Assembly: GCA_035534715.1 (NCBI GenBank)
Contig: DATLRJ010000138.1
Coordinates: forward strand, 37,266-101,265
DNA from: Acidimicrobiales bacterium
GTDB taxonomy: Bacteria; Actinomycetota; Acidimicrobiia; Acidimicrobiales; Bog-793
DNA: 64,000 bases
Reading direction: 5' to 3'
In this document: piece by piece, positions 49,996-59,947 of the stretch
Position numbering within the stretch: position 1 is the stretch's first letter
How the letters are laid out: every line of letters begins with the position of its first letter
Translations under genes and position numbers: made by a program
Notes under the pieces: generated by a model
Told to the model about the DNA's origin: nothing
What the model saw: only the letters and a program-made list of their open reading frames with translations
Databases searched by the model: none

Positions 49996-50496
49996 TCAGG
50001 AGGCGGAGCGTTCCTCGGCCTCCGTCGCGCGCTCGGCGAGGAGCGCGCGATAGTGCGCGACGCGGTCCGCCAGTTCGTCGCGGAACTCGGCGATGCGCTC
50101 GACCTTGGCAGCGACGCGCGCGTGCAGTGCTTCGGTCATCTCGAGCGCTTCGAGGACGAGCGCCGACCGCTCGCGCGGGTCGTCGGTCTGGTGGAACGCG
50201 TCGCGTAGCGAGCCGATCCGGTCCTCCCGAGTCACGACACCGCGGATCTCCTCGAGGTTGAGCCCGATGAGCTCCTGGAGCTCGCGTATGCGCGCGACGC
50301 GCGCGAGCGCGGCGGCACCGTACTCGCGGCAGCCTCCTGCGCTGTGACCGGAAGGAATGAGCAGGCCGATCTCCTCGTAGTAGCGAAGTGTGCGCTCCGA
50401 GACGCCTGCGAGCTGCGCGGCTTCGCCGATACGGACGTGCCGGTCGTCCGTGGCGGGAGCGGGGGACGACGCGACCTCAGTCACGGCCTCAGTCAC
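49996..50496 (-). CDS. MerR-family transcriptional regulator
   Basis: The helix-turn-helix region reads [31 protein letters not shown]...REY, followed by a coiled-coil. The start is either GTG 50496 or GTG 50484. The ORF-track start at 50586 lies inside the MFS gene. Confidence 0.8.
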   Translation of the reverse strand: MTEAVTEVASSPAPATDDRHVRIGEAAQLAGVSERTLRYYEEIGLLIPSGHSAGGCREYGAAALARVARIRELQELIGLNLEEIRGVVTREDRIGSLRDAFHQTDDPRERSALVLEALEMTEALHARVAAKVERIAEFRDELADRVAHYRALLAERATEAEERSAS

Positions 50497-52360
50497 GGCC
50501 GGTGCCCGCGGCCGCGTTCGGCAGTGTCCCTGCCGACCCCGAGGCGCCGCTCGAGTCGGGCGCGTTCTCGGCTGCTCCCGCTTCACCTCCGAGGACCACA
50601 GCCCCAGCCTCCGCGAGGCCGATCTCGGCCGACTTCGCCGTGCCTGGCGCGACGGCGCCGTGCACGTACTTCCCGCCGCGCATCCAGGACGCGATCGCCG
50701 CGACGACGGAGACGGCCATCGCGAACGTGAACGCCTCGCGAAGGCCCGACTGGAACGGCGCGGCGATGAGGCGTGGGAAGAAGCTGCGCCCGGTCAGGTA
50801 CCGCGCGTGCGCGAGGTGGGGCAGCGCGGGGCCGAGCAGTGTCTTCATCGGGTTGTACCCGAGGAATGCCGCGAAGAGGCTGCCAACCGGTGGCAGTGCG
50901 GCGACCTTTCGCGCGAGGCCGGAGGGGACGCCCTCGTGCACGAGCCCGGCGTAGAGCGAGTGCGGCAGGGACGCGGCGAGGCCGAGGATGATCAGGGAGA
51001 AGAAGACGCCGATCGACAGGACCATCGCGGAGTTCTGGAAGGTCGTGACCATGCCCGCGCCGGAACCGCGCTGCTCGGGCGGGAGGCTGTTCATGACCCC
51101 CGCCTGGTTCGGTGCGGAGAAGATGCCCATCCCGACGCCCATGAGCAGGAGCAGGAGGGCGAAGTCGACGTAGGAGAAGTTGACCGGGAGGACCTCGAGG
51201 AGCCCGAACGCGACGGCGGCGACCACCATGCCGCCCGTGGCGAACGGCCGCGCGCCGTGGCGGTCCGAGGCGATGCCGGAGACCGGTCCCGCGATGAGGA
51301 AGCCAACCGTGAGCGGGAGCATGTAGATGCCGGCCCACAGCGGGGTCTGGCTGAAGCTGTAGCCGTGCAGGGGAAGCCACACGCCTTGGAGCCAGATGAT
51401 GAGGATGAACATGAGGCCGCCTCGGCCGAGCGAGGCGAGAAGGGTCGCGACGCTGCCCGCGGAGAACGCCCGGATCTTGAAGAGCGAGAGCCGGAGCATC
51501 GGGTGGTCCGACCGGGTCTCGATGATCGCGAACACGACGAGCAGCGCGACGCCGACGCCGAGCTCGGCGAGGACCTTCGGGCTCGTCCACCCCATCGTGT
51601 GGCCCGCGTACGGCTCGATGCCGTAGGTGATGCCGACGAGCACCGCGATGAGGCCGACCGCGAACGTGAGGTTGCCCCACCAGTCGATGCGTGCGGGCAC
51701 CTTGATGCTCCGCTCCTCGAGCTTGAGATACGCCCACACCGTGCCGAAGATGCCGAACGGCACGGACACGAGGAACACGAGGTGCCACTCGACGGGCGCG
51801 AGCAGGCCACCGAGGATGAGGCCGATGAACGAACCGGCGATCGCCGCGACGCCGTTCACGCCGAGCGCGAGGCCGCGCTGCTCCGGCGGGAACGCGTCGG
51901 TGATGATCGCGCTCGAGTTCGCGAAGAGGAAGGCCCCGCCGACTCCCTGGCCGACACGCATGAACACGAGCCAGAGCGCGGCGGTGGTCCCGTGCATCCA
52001 CGTCACGCTGAGCAGCAGGGAGAAGAGCGTGAACACGGCGAACCCGAGGTTGTACATGCGGACCCGGCCGAACATGTCACCGACGCGCCCGAGGCTCACG
52101 AGGAGGACCGCGGTCGCGACCATGAAGCCCATGAGCATCCAGAGCAGGTAGCCGGAGTTCCCGGGCGTGAGCGGGTTGAGCCCGATGCCGCGGAAGATGT
52201 CGGGCAGGGCGATGAGGATGATCGACGAGTTGATCGTCGCCATCAAGATGCCGAGCGTGGTGTTGGAGAGGGCGATCCACTTGTAGCGGTCGGGATGGGT
52301 GGGCGTGCGTGGCGCACGCGTCGTCACCGGGTCACGGGCCTCGATTGAAGTGCTCGTCAC
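50489..52360 (-). CDS. MFS transporter, DHA2/EmrB-QacA-like (14-TMS type) efflux protein
   Basis: The protein is 623 aa. It carries [47 protein letters not shown] and many transmembrane segments. It lies upstream of, and slightly overlaps, the MerR gene. Confidence 0.9.
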   Translation of the reverse strand: MTSTSIEARDPVTTRAPRTPTHPDRYKWIALSNTTLGILMATINSSIILIALPDIFRGIGLNPLTPGNSGYLLWMLMGFMVATAVLLVSLGRVGDMFGRVRMYNLGFAVFTLFSLLLSVTWMHGTTAALWLVFMRVGQGVGGAFLFANSSAIITDAFPPEQRGLALGVNGVAAIAGSFIGLILGGLLAPVEWHLVFLVSVPFGIFGTVWAYLKLEERSIKVPARIDWWGNLTFAVGLIAVLVGITYGIEPYAGHTMGWTSPKVLAELGVGVALLVVFAIIETRSDHPMLRLSLFKIRAFSAGSVATLLASLGRGGLMFILIIWLQGVWLPLHGYSFSQTPLWAGIYMLPLTVGFLIAGPVSGIASDRHGARPFATGGMVVAAVAFGLLEVLPVNFSYVDFALLLLLMGVGMGIFSAPNQAGVMNSLPPEQRGSGAGMVTTFQNSAMVLSIGVFFSLIILGLAASLPHSLYAGLVHEGVPSGLARKVAALPPVGSLFAAFLGYNPMKTLLGPALPHLAHARYLTGRSFFPRLIAAPFQSGLREAFTFAMAVSVVAAIASWMRGGKYVHGAVAPGTAKSAEIGLAEAGAVVLGGEAGAAENAPDSSGASGSAGTLPNAAAGTGRD

Positions 52361-52481
52361 GTCGCTCCTCTGCTCGGACTCGCGCCGCTGTGCACCGGCC
52401 CGCCTGTCGGCGTCATCTTACGTGAACGTCAAATCTGTGCGCACGGGTCTCGAATCGGTGCGCGCGGGCCGAACAACGTGC

Positions 52482-52510
52482 TTGACACGACGGGGTCGCG
52501 TTCGTAGCAT
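52482..52510 (+). promoter_or_regulatory. near-consensus housekeeping-sigma promoter of the lacI-ABC operon
   Basis: The promoter is TTGACA (52482-52487), a 17-nt spacer, then TAGCAT (52505-52510). It is followed directly by the operator palindromes. Confidence 0.6.
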
Positions 52511-52512
52511 CA

Positions 52513-52539
52513 CGTAAGCGCTTACGAGTAAGCGCTTAC
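52513..52539. promoter_or_regulatory. two tandem LacI-family operator palindromes (GTAAGCGCTTAC x2)
   Basis: The perfect 12-bp palindrome GTAAGCGCTTAC occurs at 52514-52525, extended to the 14-bp cGTAAGCGCTTACg, and again at 52528-52539. The centres are 14 bp apart. Both overlap the predicted transcription start. Confidence 0.65.
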
Positions 52540-52709
52540 GTTGCTCGACGCGCCGCCGGGTCGCGCCATGGAGGCGGACGACGGCGCGGGGGAGTCGGGG
52601 GAGTGCGGGGCGGAGGCCCCGAGATTTCGGAGGATCCGGGCCGCGTGCCCGGGTCCGCGGACGACGGGCGCGCGGGGGGACCGGGCCGCTCGGACTGCAG
52701 GGGGGACGT

Positions 52710-53810
52710 GTGCGGGCTCCGACGATCTACGACCTCGCCGAACGGGCAGGTGTGTCGATCGCGACCGTCTCACGCGCGCTGAACGCGAAGTCCGGGCTGA
52801 GCAGCGCGACGCGGGCGCGGGTGCTCGCCGCCGTCGAGGAGCTCGGGTACGTGCCGAACGGCACGGCGCGCGGCCTCAGCTACGGCGCGACCGAGACCAT
52901 CGGAATGGTCGTGGCGACCCGCACGACAAACGTCGCGCAGGCGAGCGAGGAGCACGAGAGCCTCCTGTACGTCGACGCGGTGATCCGTGGCGCCGAGCGG
53001 TCCGCGCAGCGCACGGGTTACGCGCTGCTGCTCGCCAGCATCCGGCCCCGGTCCGGTTGGGAAGCGGCGAAGAAGATGGTCGGTCGGACCGACGGCCTCG
53101 TGATCGTCGACCGCGCGGTGAGCGACGACGCGATGACCTGGCTCGCGGAGCGCCATCCGGTCGTCGCCCTGGCGTGGGACAGCCCGAAGGGTTCGGAGAT
53201 CGTCGTGCGGATCGACAACGCACACGGCACGCGGCTGCTCATCGAGCACCTCGTGCGCGAGCACGGGTTCACCGAGCTCGGCATCGTGCGCGGTCCGGCA
53301 TCGAGCTTCGACGCGACCGTCCGCTGGCGCACCGCGGAGGAGACGGCCGCGGCGCTCGGCGCGCGCATCGTCGGCACGTGGACCGGCGACTTCAGCGCGT
53401 CGAGCGGCGAGCGGATCGGGCGGTCGATCGCGTCCGGGCCGGGTCGGCCACCGCGCGCGTTGCTATGCATGAACGACCAGATGGCCGTAGGTGTGCTGAA
53501 CGTCTTCGCGCAGGACGGGATCTCGGTCCCCGGAGACGTCGCGGTCACCGGCTTCGACGACATCGTCGTCTCGCGCTACCTGAGCCCGCCGCTCACGACA
53601 GTCCGCCAGCCGGCCGAGGAGCTCGGCGCGACTGCGGTCACGAGCCTGTTCGAGCTCTCGAACGGCACGGGTCTCGCGAGCCGCGAGGTCGTGCTGCCGA
53701 CCGAGCTCGTGGTGCGCTCGAGCTGCGGGTGCAACGGCGGGTCGAGGGCGCGCGCGCGGACGACCGCGCCGCACTCGGCACGCGTCGCGACCCTCGACGG
53801 GGTCGGGTGA
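52710..53810 (+). CDS. LacI-family transcriptional regulator
   Basis: The protein is 366 aa from a GTG start after gggggg. The helix-turn-helix region reads TIYDLAERAGVSIATVSRALNAKSGLSSATRARVLAAVEELGYVPNGTARGL. A periplasmic-binding-like effector domain follows. Confidence 0.9.
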   Translation: MRAPTIYDLAERAGVSIATVSRALNAKSGLSSATRARVLAAVEELGYVPNGTARGLSYGATETIGMVVATRTTNVAQASEEHESLLYVDAVIRGAERSAQRTGYALLLASIRPRSGWEAAKKMVGRTDGLVIVDRAVSDDAMTWLAERHPVVALAWDSPKGSEIVVRIDNAHGTRLLIEHLVREHGFTELGIVRGPASSFDATVRWRTAEETAAALGARIVGTWTGDFSASSGERIGRSIASGPGRPPRALLCMNDQMAVGVLNVFAQDGISVPGDVAVTGFDDIVVSRYLSPPLTTVRQPAEELGATAVTSLFELSNGTGLASREVVLPTELVVRSSCGCNGGSRARARTTAPHSARVATLDGVG

Positions 53811-54802
53811 GCGCGGTGGCGTTCGTCGTGCGCCGGCTCGTCTTCTACGTCGTCGCGGGGTGGGCCGCGCTCACGGTGAACTTCTTCATCCCGCGGCTCA
53901 TGCCGGGCAACCCCGTCGAGACGATGATGGCGAAGTTCCCCGAGCTCCAGCCGCAGGCGCAGCGCGCGCTCGAGGCGGAGTTCGGCGCGCGCCACGACGG
54001 GAGCCTGATCCATCAGTACGGCCAGTACGTCGTGGACGTGTTCCACGGGAATCTCGGCGTGTCGGTCATCGAGTACCCGGCGAAGGTGTCGTCGATCATC
54101 GGCGCGACCCTTCCCTGGACGCTCACGCTCGTCGGGGTCGCGACCATCGTGAGCTTCGCGCTCGGCACGGGCCTCGGGATCCTCGCGGCGTGGCGGCGCG
54201 GCGGCTGGCTCGACCGGGTGCTGCCGGCGCTCACCTTCCTCCAGGGGATCCCGTACTTCTTCCTCGCGCTGTTGGTCGTCGACGCGTTCGCGGTCCACCT
54301 CGGCTGGTTCCCGATCCAGCAGGGGTACTCGCCGGGACTGGTTCCCGGCTGGCACTGGCCGTTCGTGCAGAGCGCGCTCTACCACTCGGTGCTCCCCGCG
54401 CTCACAATCGTGGTCACATCGATGGCCGGCTGGATGCTGCAGATGCGCAACGTGATGATCACGACGATCGGCGAGGACTACGTGCTCGCCGCGCAGGCCA
54501 AGGGGCTGTCGAGCCGCCGCGTGGTCACGACGTACGCGGCGCGCAACGCGATCCTGCCGAACCTCTCGGGATTCGCGCTCTCGCTCGGATTCGTGATCTC
54601 GGGTGCGCTGCTCATGGAGATCGTGTTCTCGTATCCCGGTATCGGGCTCACCCTCTACAACGCCGTGACCTCGGACGACTACCCGCTGATGCAGGGCATA
54701 TTCCTCATCATCGCCCTGGCCGTGCTGCTCGCGAATCTCGTGGCGGACGCGGTGTACGTCCTCGCGGACCCGCGTGCGCGCGCGGGGAGGAGCGAGACGT
54801 GA
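53807..54802 (+). CDS. ABC transporter permease (Opp/Dpp BPD_transp_1 type)
   Basis: The protein is 331 aa from GTG 53807 (GTGA overlap with lacI). It carries FVVRRLVFYVVAGWAALTVNFFIPRLMPGNP and EDYVLAAQAKGLSSRRVV (EAA-type loop). Confidence 0.88.
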   Translation: MSAVAFVVRRLVFYVVAGWAALTVNFFIPRLMPGNPVETMMAKFPELQPQAQRALEAEFGARHDGSLIHQYGQYVVDVFHGNLGVSVIEYPAKVSSIIGATLPWTLTLVGVATIVSFALGTGLGILAAWRRGGWLDRVLPALTFLQGIPYFFLALLVVDAFAVHLGWFPIQQGYSPGLVPGWHWPFVQSALYHSVLPALTIVVTSMAGWMLQMRNVMITTIGEDYVLAAQAKGLSSRRVVTTYAARNAILPNLSGFALSLGFVISGALLMEIVFSYPGIGLTLYNAVTSDDYPLMQGIFLIIALAVLLANLVADAVYVLADPRARAGRSET

Positions 54803-55797
54803 CCGTCGCGCTCCCGGTCCGCGGCGCACGCGCCCGCGGCGCGACACGGCGTGCCGCGGGCGCGCGGCGCCTGTCGACGAAGGCGCGCATCGGCGCGCTC
54901 ATCTGCGCGCTCTTCGTCGTCGCCGCGATCGTCGGTCCGATGGTCGCGCCATACGACCCGTCGGCGCAAAGCTTCGCCCCGGTCGACATCCTGCACGCCC
55001 CGAGCATGGCGCATCTGCTCGGCACGACGGCTCGCGGCGAGGACGTGCTCTCCCAGGTGCTCGTCGGACTGCGCGCGACGCTCGTGCTCGGGCTGCTCAC
55101 CGGCCTCATCGCGACCGTGCTCGCGGTGGTCGTCGGGATCTCGGCCGGGTTCCTCGGCGGGTTCTGGGACGAGCTCCTGTCGCTGCTGAGCAACGTCTTC
55201 CTCGTACTGCCCGCGCTGCCGCTGCTCGTCGTCCTCATCGGGTACCTGCCCCAGCGGGGCCAGACCTCGACGATCCTCGTGCTCTCCCTGCTCGGCTGGC
55301 CGTGGGGCGCGCGGGTGATCCGTGCCCAGACGCTCACGTTGCGCGGCCGCGACTTCGTGGCGGCGTCGCGCGAGACCGGAGAGCGGACGTGGCGGGTGAT
55401 CTTCTTCGAGATCCTCCCGAACGAGGTGAGCCTCATCGCCGCGAGCTTCGTGAGCACGGTGCTCTACGCGATCGGCACGTCTGTCGCGCTCGCGTTCATC
55501 GGGCTCACGAACTTCAGCCAGTGGAGCCTCGGCCTCATCCTGTACTGGGCGCAGAACGGGAACGCGCTGCAGCTCAACGCCTGGTGGTGGTTCGCACCGG
55601 CCGGGCTGTGCGTCGCGCTGCTCGGGACGGGCCTCGTGCTGTTGAACTTCGGCATCGACGAGATCGGCAACCCGCGACTTCGCGAGGCGGCGGGACGGGT
55701 GAGGATCGAAGGGCGGGCGTGGCGTCCGGCGGACCCGACGCCTGTGGTCCGCTCGGGTTCCACCCGTTCGCCGGCGGCACGACCGGAGGCGCGGTGA
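54799..55797 (+). CDS. ABC transporter permease (Opp/Dpp type, second subunit)
   Basis: The protein is 332 aa from GTG 54799 (GTGA overlap). It carries LLGTTARGEDVLSQVLVGLR and RDFVAASRETGERTWRVIFFEILPN. Confidence 0.88.
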   Translation: MTVALPVRGARARGATRRAAGARRLSTKARIGALICALFVVAAIVGPMVAPYDPSAQSFAPVDILHAPSMAHLLGTTARGEDVLSQVLVGLRATLVLGLLTGLIATVLAVVVGISAGFLGGFWDELLSLLSNVFLVLPALPLLVVLIGYLPQRGQTSTILVLSLLGWPWGARVIRAQTLTLRGRDFVAASRETGERTWRVIFFEILPNEVSLIAASFVSTVLYAIGTSVALAFIGLTNFSQWSLGLILYWAQNGNALQLNAWWWFAPAGLCVALLGTGLVLLNFGIDEIGNPRLREAAGRVRIEGRAWRPADPTPVVRSGSTRSPAARPEAR

Positions 55798-56846
55798 CCG
55801 TGCCGGTCGAGCCCGTGCTCGAGATATCCGAGCTGTCGGTCGCGTACCGGGGCGCGGCGGGCGACGTGCGCGCGGTCGAGCGCGTCTCGCTCTCGCTCCG
55901 GCCAGGAGAGGTCGTCGGGCTCGCGGGTGAGAGCGGCTCGGGCAAGTCCACGCTCGCGTACGGAGCGTGCCGCCTGCTCCGGCCGCCCGCAGTGATCACC
56001 GGAGGAAGCGTCACCTACCGCGGCCGGCGTCTTGCGGGGCGCTCGGTCGAGGTCCTCGAGCGGACACCGCCCGAGCTCCGCGAGCTGCGCTGGCGGGAGA
56101 TCGCGATCGTCTTCCAGAGTGCGATGAACGCGCTGAATCCGGTGCTTCGCGTGCGCGACCAGCTGCTCGACGTCGTCGAGGCGCACCTCTCGCTCACCAA
56201 GCTCGACGCGCGCGAGCGCGTGGCGTCCCTGCTCGACCTCGTCGCGATCCCACGCGACCGGCTGCGGAGCTATCCCCACGAGCTGTCCGGCGGGATGCGC
56301 CAGCGCGTGATGATCGCGATGGCGCTCGCGGTCGATCCCGAGGTCGTCATCATGGACGAGCCGACAACCGCGCTCGACGTCGTCGTGCAGCGCGAGATCC
56401 TCGGCCAGATCGTGGAGCTGAAGCAGCGACTCGGCTTCGCCGTTCTGTTCATCACCCACGACCTGTCGTTGCTGCTCGAGCTCGCGGACCGGATCGCCGT
56501 GATGTATGCGGGCCAGCTCGTCGAGGTCGCGAGCGCGCACGCGGTCCACCACGGACCCGCCCACCCCTACACGAAGGGTCTGTTGAACTCGTTCCCGTCG
56601 CTTCGCGGGCCGCGGCGGGAGCTCGCGGGCATCCCGGGATCGCCTCCGGACCTGCGCAGCCTTCCGGCAGGGTGCCCGTTCGTGCCGCGCTGCGGCTTCG
56701 CGACGGACGAGTGCACGAAGGTCGACATGGTGTTGCGCGCCGTCCCCGGAGCACGCGATCCCGGTCACGTCTCGGCGTGCCCGTTCGTCGCTCCCGGTGC
56801 GCAGGCGCCGGACGGCAAAGGCACCGTCTCGGAGGTCGCGTCGTGA
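55794..56846 (+). CDS. ABC transporter ATP-binding protein (OppD-like)
   Basis: The protein is 350 aa from GTG 55794 (GTGA overlap). The Walker A motif is GESGSGKST, the signature is LSGGMRQRV, the Walker B is VIMDEPTTALD, and the C-terminal oligopeptide-type cysteine motif is PAGCPFVPRC. Confidence 0.9.
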   Translation: MTVPVEPVLEISELSVAYRGAAGDVRAVERVSLSLRPGEVVGLAGESGSGKSTLAYGACRLLRPPAVITGGSVTYRGRRLAGRSVEVLERTPPELRELRWREIAIVFQSAMNALNPVLRVRDQLLDVVEAHLSLTKLDARERVASLLDLVAIPRDRLRSYPHELSGGMRQRVMIAMALAVDPEVVIMDEPTTALDVVVQREILGQIVELKQRLGFAVLFITHDLSLLLELADRIAVMYAGQLVEVASAHAVHHGPAHPYTKGLLNSFPSLRGPRRELAGIPGSPPDLRSLPAGCPFVPRCGFATDECTKVDMVLRAVPGARDPGHVSACPFVAPGAQAPDGKGTVSEVAS

Positions 56847-57961
56847 GCAGGATCTCGAAGGGGGAGCGCGCGCCCGAGGAGGCGCGCGCGCTCCACGCGG
56901 TCGTCGAGTCGACTGCGGCGCGGCGCGGGCCGCTCGCGATGCGCGCCGGCGGGCTCTGCAAGGACTTCGCCATCGGCCGCGGGCGCGGCCGGACCGTGCT
57001 GTCCGCGGTGCGAGACGTCTCGCTCGACCTGCACCGGCGCGCCGTCGTCGCGCTCGTGGGCGAGAGCGGGTCCGGCAAGTCGACCGTCGCGAAGCTGCTC
57101 GCCGGGCAGGAGCAGCCGTCTGGGGGGAGCATCGAGCTCGAGGGCGCGCCGGTCGAGGTTTCGGGCCGCCGGGCCTTCCGCGCCTACAAGAGCCGCGTGC
57201 AGATGGTCTTCCAGGACCCGTTCTCGTCGCTCAACCCAGTGCACACCGTCCGCTACCACCTCGAGCGCCCCGTGCGGCTGCATCGGACGCTCGGCGAGGG
57301 CGTCGGCGTCGAAGACGTCGTCGTCGGCCTGGCCGAGCAGGTGCGGCTGACGCCCGCGCAGCAGTTCCTCGCGAAGTACCCGCACGAGCTGTCCGGCGGA
57401 CAGCGCCAGCGCGTCGCGATCGCGCGGGCGCTCGCGGCCGAGCCGAGCGTGCTCCTCGCCGACGAGCCGGTCTCGATGCTCGACGTCTCGATCCGCCTCG
57501 AGATCCTCGGGCTCATCTCGGAGCTCCGCGACCGCTACGACCTCGCGGTGCTCTACATCACGCACGACATCGCCTCGGCCCGCTACTTCGCGGACGAGGC
57601 CCTCGTCATGTACGCGGGGGAGATCGTCGAGAGAGGTCCGGCGGAGGCCGTGACCCAGCAGCCCGCACATCCCTACACGCAGCTGCTCGTGAGCTCCGCG
57701 CCGGACCCGGACGCGCTCGGCAGCGTGCTGCGCTCGGGCACGCGGGAGGCGACCCGCGCGTCGGGCAGCGCGCTGTCGACCACGCGGGGCTGCCGCTTCA
57801 GCCCGCGCTGCCCGTTCGTCCAGGATCGCTGCCGGGTCGAGGCACCGCCGCTCGTCGCGATCGCGAGGGATCGTGCCGCCGCCTGCTGGCGCCTCGACAC
57901 GACCGCGCCGGATCTCGTCAGTGCTCGCGGGGGAGGGGGGGTAGAGGACATGACCGAGTAG
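56843..57961 (+). CDS. ABC transporter ATP-binding protein (OppF-like)
   Basis: The protein is 372 aa from GTG 56843 (GTGA overlap). It carries GESGSGKST, LSGGQRQRV, LLADEPVSMLD and GCRFSPRCP. Confidence 0.9.
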   Translation: MSRISKGERAPEEARALHAVVESTAARRGPLAMRAGGLCKDFAIGRGRGRTVLSAVRDVSLDLHRRAVVALVGESGSGKSTVAKLLAGQEQPSGGSIELEGAPVEVSGRRAFRAYKSRVQMVFQDPFSSLNPVHTVRYHLERPVRLHRTLGEGVGVEDVVVGLAEQVRLTPAQQFLAKYPHELSGGQRQRVAIARALAAEPSVLLADEPVSMLDVSIRLEILGLISELRDRYDLAVLYITHDIASARYFADEALVMYAGEIVERGPAEAVTQQPAHPYTQLLVSSAPDPDALGSVLRSGTREATRASGSALSTTRGCRFSPRCPFVQDRCRVEAPPLVAIARDRAAACWRLDTTAPDLVSARGGGGVEDMTE

Positions 57962-58122
57962 CGGTACCCGTACCCGCTGGTCGGCTGGCACCGGGGCAGG
58001 CCCCGGCGCCAGCGCGACAACAGCTCCCGGCATGTGCGATGCGGCGGAGGCTGTGATTGTCGCGCCCTTTCGACCGGCCTGCACGTTCTCGCAACCACAC
58101 TCACGAAAGGCCAGTCAACGAC

Positions 58123-59793
58123 ATGAAACGATGGTTAGTGGAGCACAAGCTCCGGTCCGTGGTCGCGGCGGGACTCCTCACGTCGGGGATGCTCGCGGGA
58201 GGCCTTGCGGCGATCGGGACGACACCTGCTTCGGCCGCGGGCCCGACCGTGCTCACGATTGAGTCCACGCCGGAGAACACGGTCACCCAGAGCTTCAACC
58301 CGTACAGCACGACGTCGTCGGCCGAGCAGCTCGGCGCGACCTCGATGATCTACGAGCCGCTCATCCAGTTCGACCTCGCGAAGGCCGGCGTCTACTACCC
58401 GTGGCTCGCGACGAGCTTCTCGTGGTCGAACGGCGGACGGTCGATCACGTTCGCGATCCGCAAGGGCGTGAAGTGGTCGGACGGGTCGCCGCTCACTCCC
58501 GCGGACGTCGCGTTCACGTACAACCTGGTGAAGGACAACGCGGACATCAACACCGGCGGGCTTCCCATCACGAGCGTGTCGACCTCGGGCGACAACGTGA
58601 CGGTGAACTTCTCGTCGCCCCAGTACACGAACCTCCAGGGCATCGGGAACGTCTACATCGTCCCGCAGTCCGTGTGGAGCTCCGTGGGTGACCCGGGCAA
58701 GTACATCGACCCGAACCCGGTCGGCACCGGTCCCTACAAGCTCGGGACGTTCACGCCCCAGGGCATCACGCTCGTGAAGAACCCGCTGTACTGGCAGGCG
58801 AGCCACGTGAAGATCGACGAGCTCGACTACCCGGCGTACGCCTCGAACACGAACGCCGAGGCGGCGCTGTTCAGCGGTCAGGCGCAGTGGGAGGGCAACT
58901 TCATCACCGGCCTGAAGCAGCTGTTCACGAGCAAGTCCCCGTACCACCAGGTGTGGTTCGCGCCGTTGAACACGAACACGCTCGAGCCCAACCTTCACCG
59001 TTGGCCGACCAACCAGCTCGCGGTGCGCCAGGCGGTGAGCCTCGCGATCAACCGCACGGCCATCGGCGCGCAGGGTGAGTCCGGGCTCGAGCCGCCCGCG
59101 CAGAACGCGAGCGGCCTCGTGCTTCCGACGTTCGACAAGTACATGACCGCGAGCCTTGCGAAGTACAAGCTGAACCAGACTCCGGACATCGCCGCTGCGA
59201 AGGCCGTGCTCGTCAAGGCGGGCTGGAAGATGGGCAAGGACGGCTACTTCTCGAAGAACGGCAAGACGCTCGCCTTCACGATCGCCGACCCCTCGTCTTA
59301 CACGGACTACGCGGCGGACGACTCGATCGTGGCCCAGGACCTGCGGCGCGCCGGCATCGACGCGACGTTCACGGGTCAGTCGGTCACCGGCTGGGCGAAC
59401 GACGTCGCGTCCGGCAACTTCGACATGGTCATGCACTGGTCGAACCAGGGAATCACCCCGTACCAGCAGTACGAGGGGTGGCTGGACGACTCGCTCGCGA
59501 CGAAGTCGGCGAGCGGTGACTACGAGCGCCTTCACTCGCCCGCGATGCAGGCGGACCTGAAGAAGCTGGCGGCCGCCGCGACCGTACCCGCCCAGATCGC
59601 CGCGCTCGCGCCGATCGAGAAGTACGTCGCGACGCAGCTCCCGGTCATCCCGACCGTCTACGGGGCGGCGTTCGACGAGTACAACTCGACGAACGTCGTC
59701 GGATGGCCGACGCCGTCGAACCCGTACGAGTCGGGCCAGCCGGACGCGCCGACGAACGAGGTCGTGGTTCTCCACCTCTCGCCACGCGCCTAG
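58123..59793 (+). CDS. ABC transporter substrate-binding protein, family 5 (peptide/oligosaccharide type), secreted
   Basis: I place the start at ATG 58123, giving 556 aa. The signal peptide reads MKRWLVEHKLRSVVAAGLLTSGMLAGGLAAIGTTPASA. SBP_bac_5 motifs are present (WSDGSPLTPADVAFTYN, NPVGTGPYKL). Confidence 0.88.
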   Translation: MKRWLVEHKLRSVVAAGLLTSGMLAGGLAAIGTTPASAAGPTVLTIESTPENTVTQSFNPYSTTSSAEQLGATSMIYEPLIQFDLAKAGVYYPWLATSFSWSNGGRSITFAIRKGVKWSDGSPLTPADVAFTYNLVKDNADINTGGLPITSVSTSGDNVTVNFSSPQYTNLQGIGNVYIVPQSVWSSVGDPGKYIDPNPVGTGPYKLGTFTPQGITLVKNPLYWQASHVKIDELDYPAYASNTNAEAALFSGQAQWEGNFITGLKQLFTSKSPYHQVWFAPLNTNTLEPNLHRWPTNQLAVRQAVSLAINRTAIGAQGESGLEPPAQNASGLVLPTFDKYMTASLAKYKLNQTPDIAAAKAVLVKAGWKMGKDGYFSKNGKTLAFTIADPSSYTDYAADDSIVAQDLRRAGIDATFTGQSVTGWANDVASGNFDMVMHWSNQGITPYQQYEGWLDDSLATKSASGDYERLHSPAMQADLKKLAAAATVPAQIAALAPIEKYVATQLPVIPTVYGAAFDEYNSTNVVGWPTPSNPYESGQPDAPTNEVVVLHLSPRA

Positions 59794-59812
59794 AGCGGTA
59801 GCAGCGCACCAC

Positions 59813-59846
59813 CTCCCCCCGCCCGGACGCGTCCGGGCGGGGGGAG
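59813..59846 (+). terminator. perfect 16-bp GC hairpin after the binding-protein gene
   Basis: The structure is ctccccccgcccggac-gc-gtccgggcggggggag. It lies 20 nt after the TAG at 59791-59793. There is no U tract. Confidence 0.6.
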
Positions 59847-59947
59847 CACCACGACGGGGAGTCGGCGTCGGCCTCGACGTCGCCCGGACGAATCCCTCGC
59901 GCGAGCGACGCTACGAACTGCCCCGACGGCAGCTGGAGGACGCACCG

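Noticed and set aside
52361-52480. A possible MerR-type promoter and operator for the MFS-merR operon (TTGACG ... TAAGAT, with ACGT repeats, on the minus strand).
   Set aside because: The spacing between the candidate -35 and -10 is only 6 nt. No long-spacer (19-20 nt) promoter with an internal dyad, as expected for MerR activators, could be aligned.
52541-53806. The N-terminal 420 aa of the 753-aa ORF (52541-54802) as a real protein overlapping lacI.
   Set aside because: That frame overlaps the well-supported LacI frame and translates to Arg/Gly/Asp-rich sequence. The permease sequence starts only at GTG 53807.
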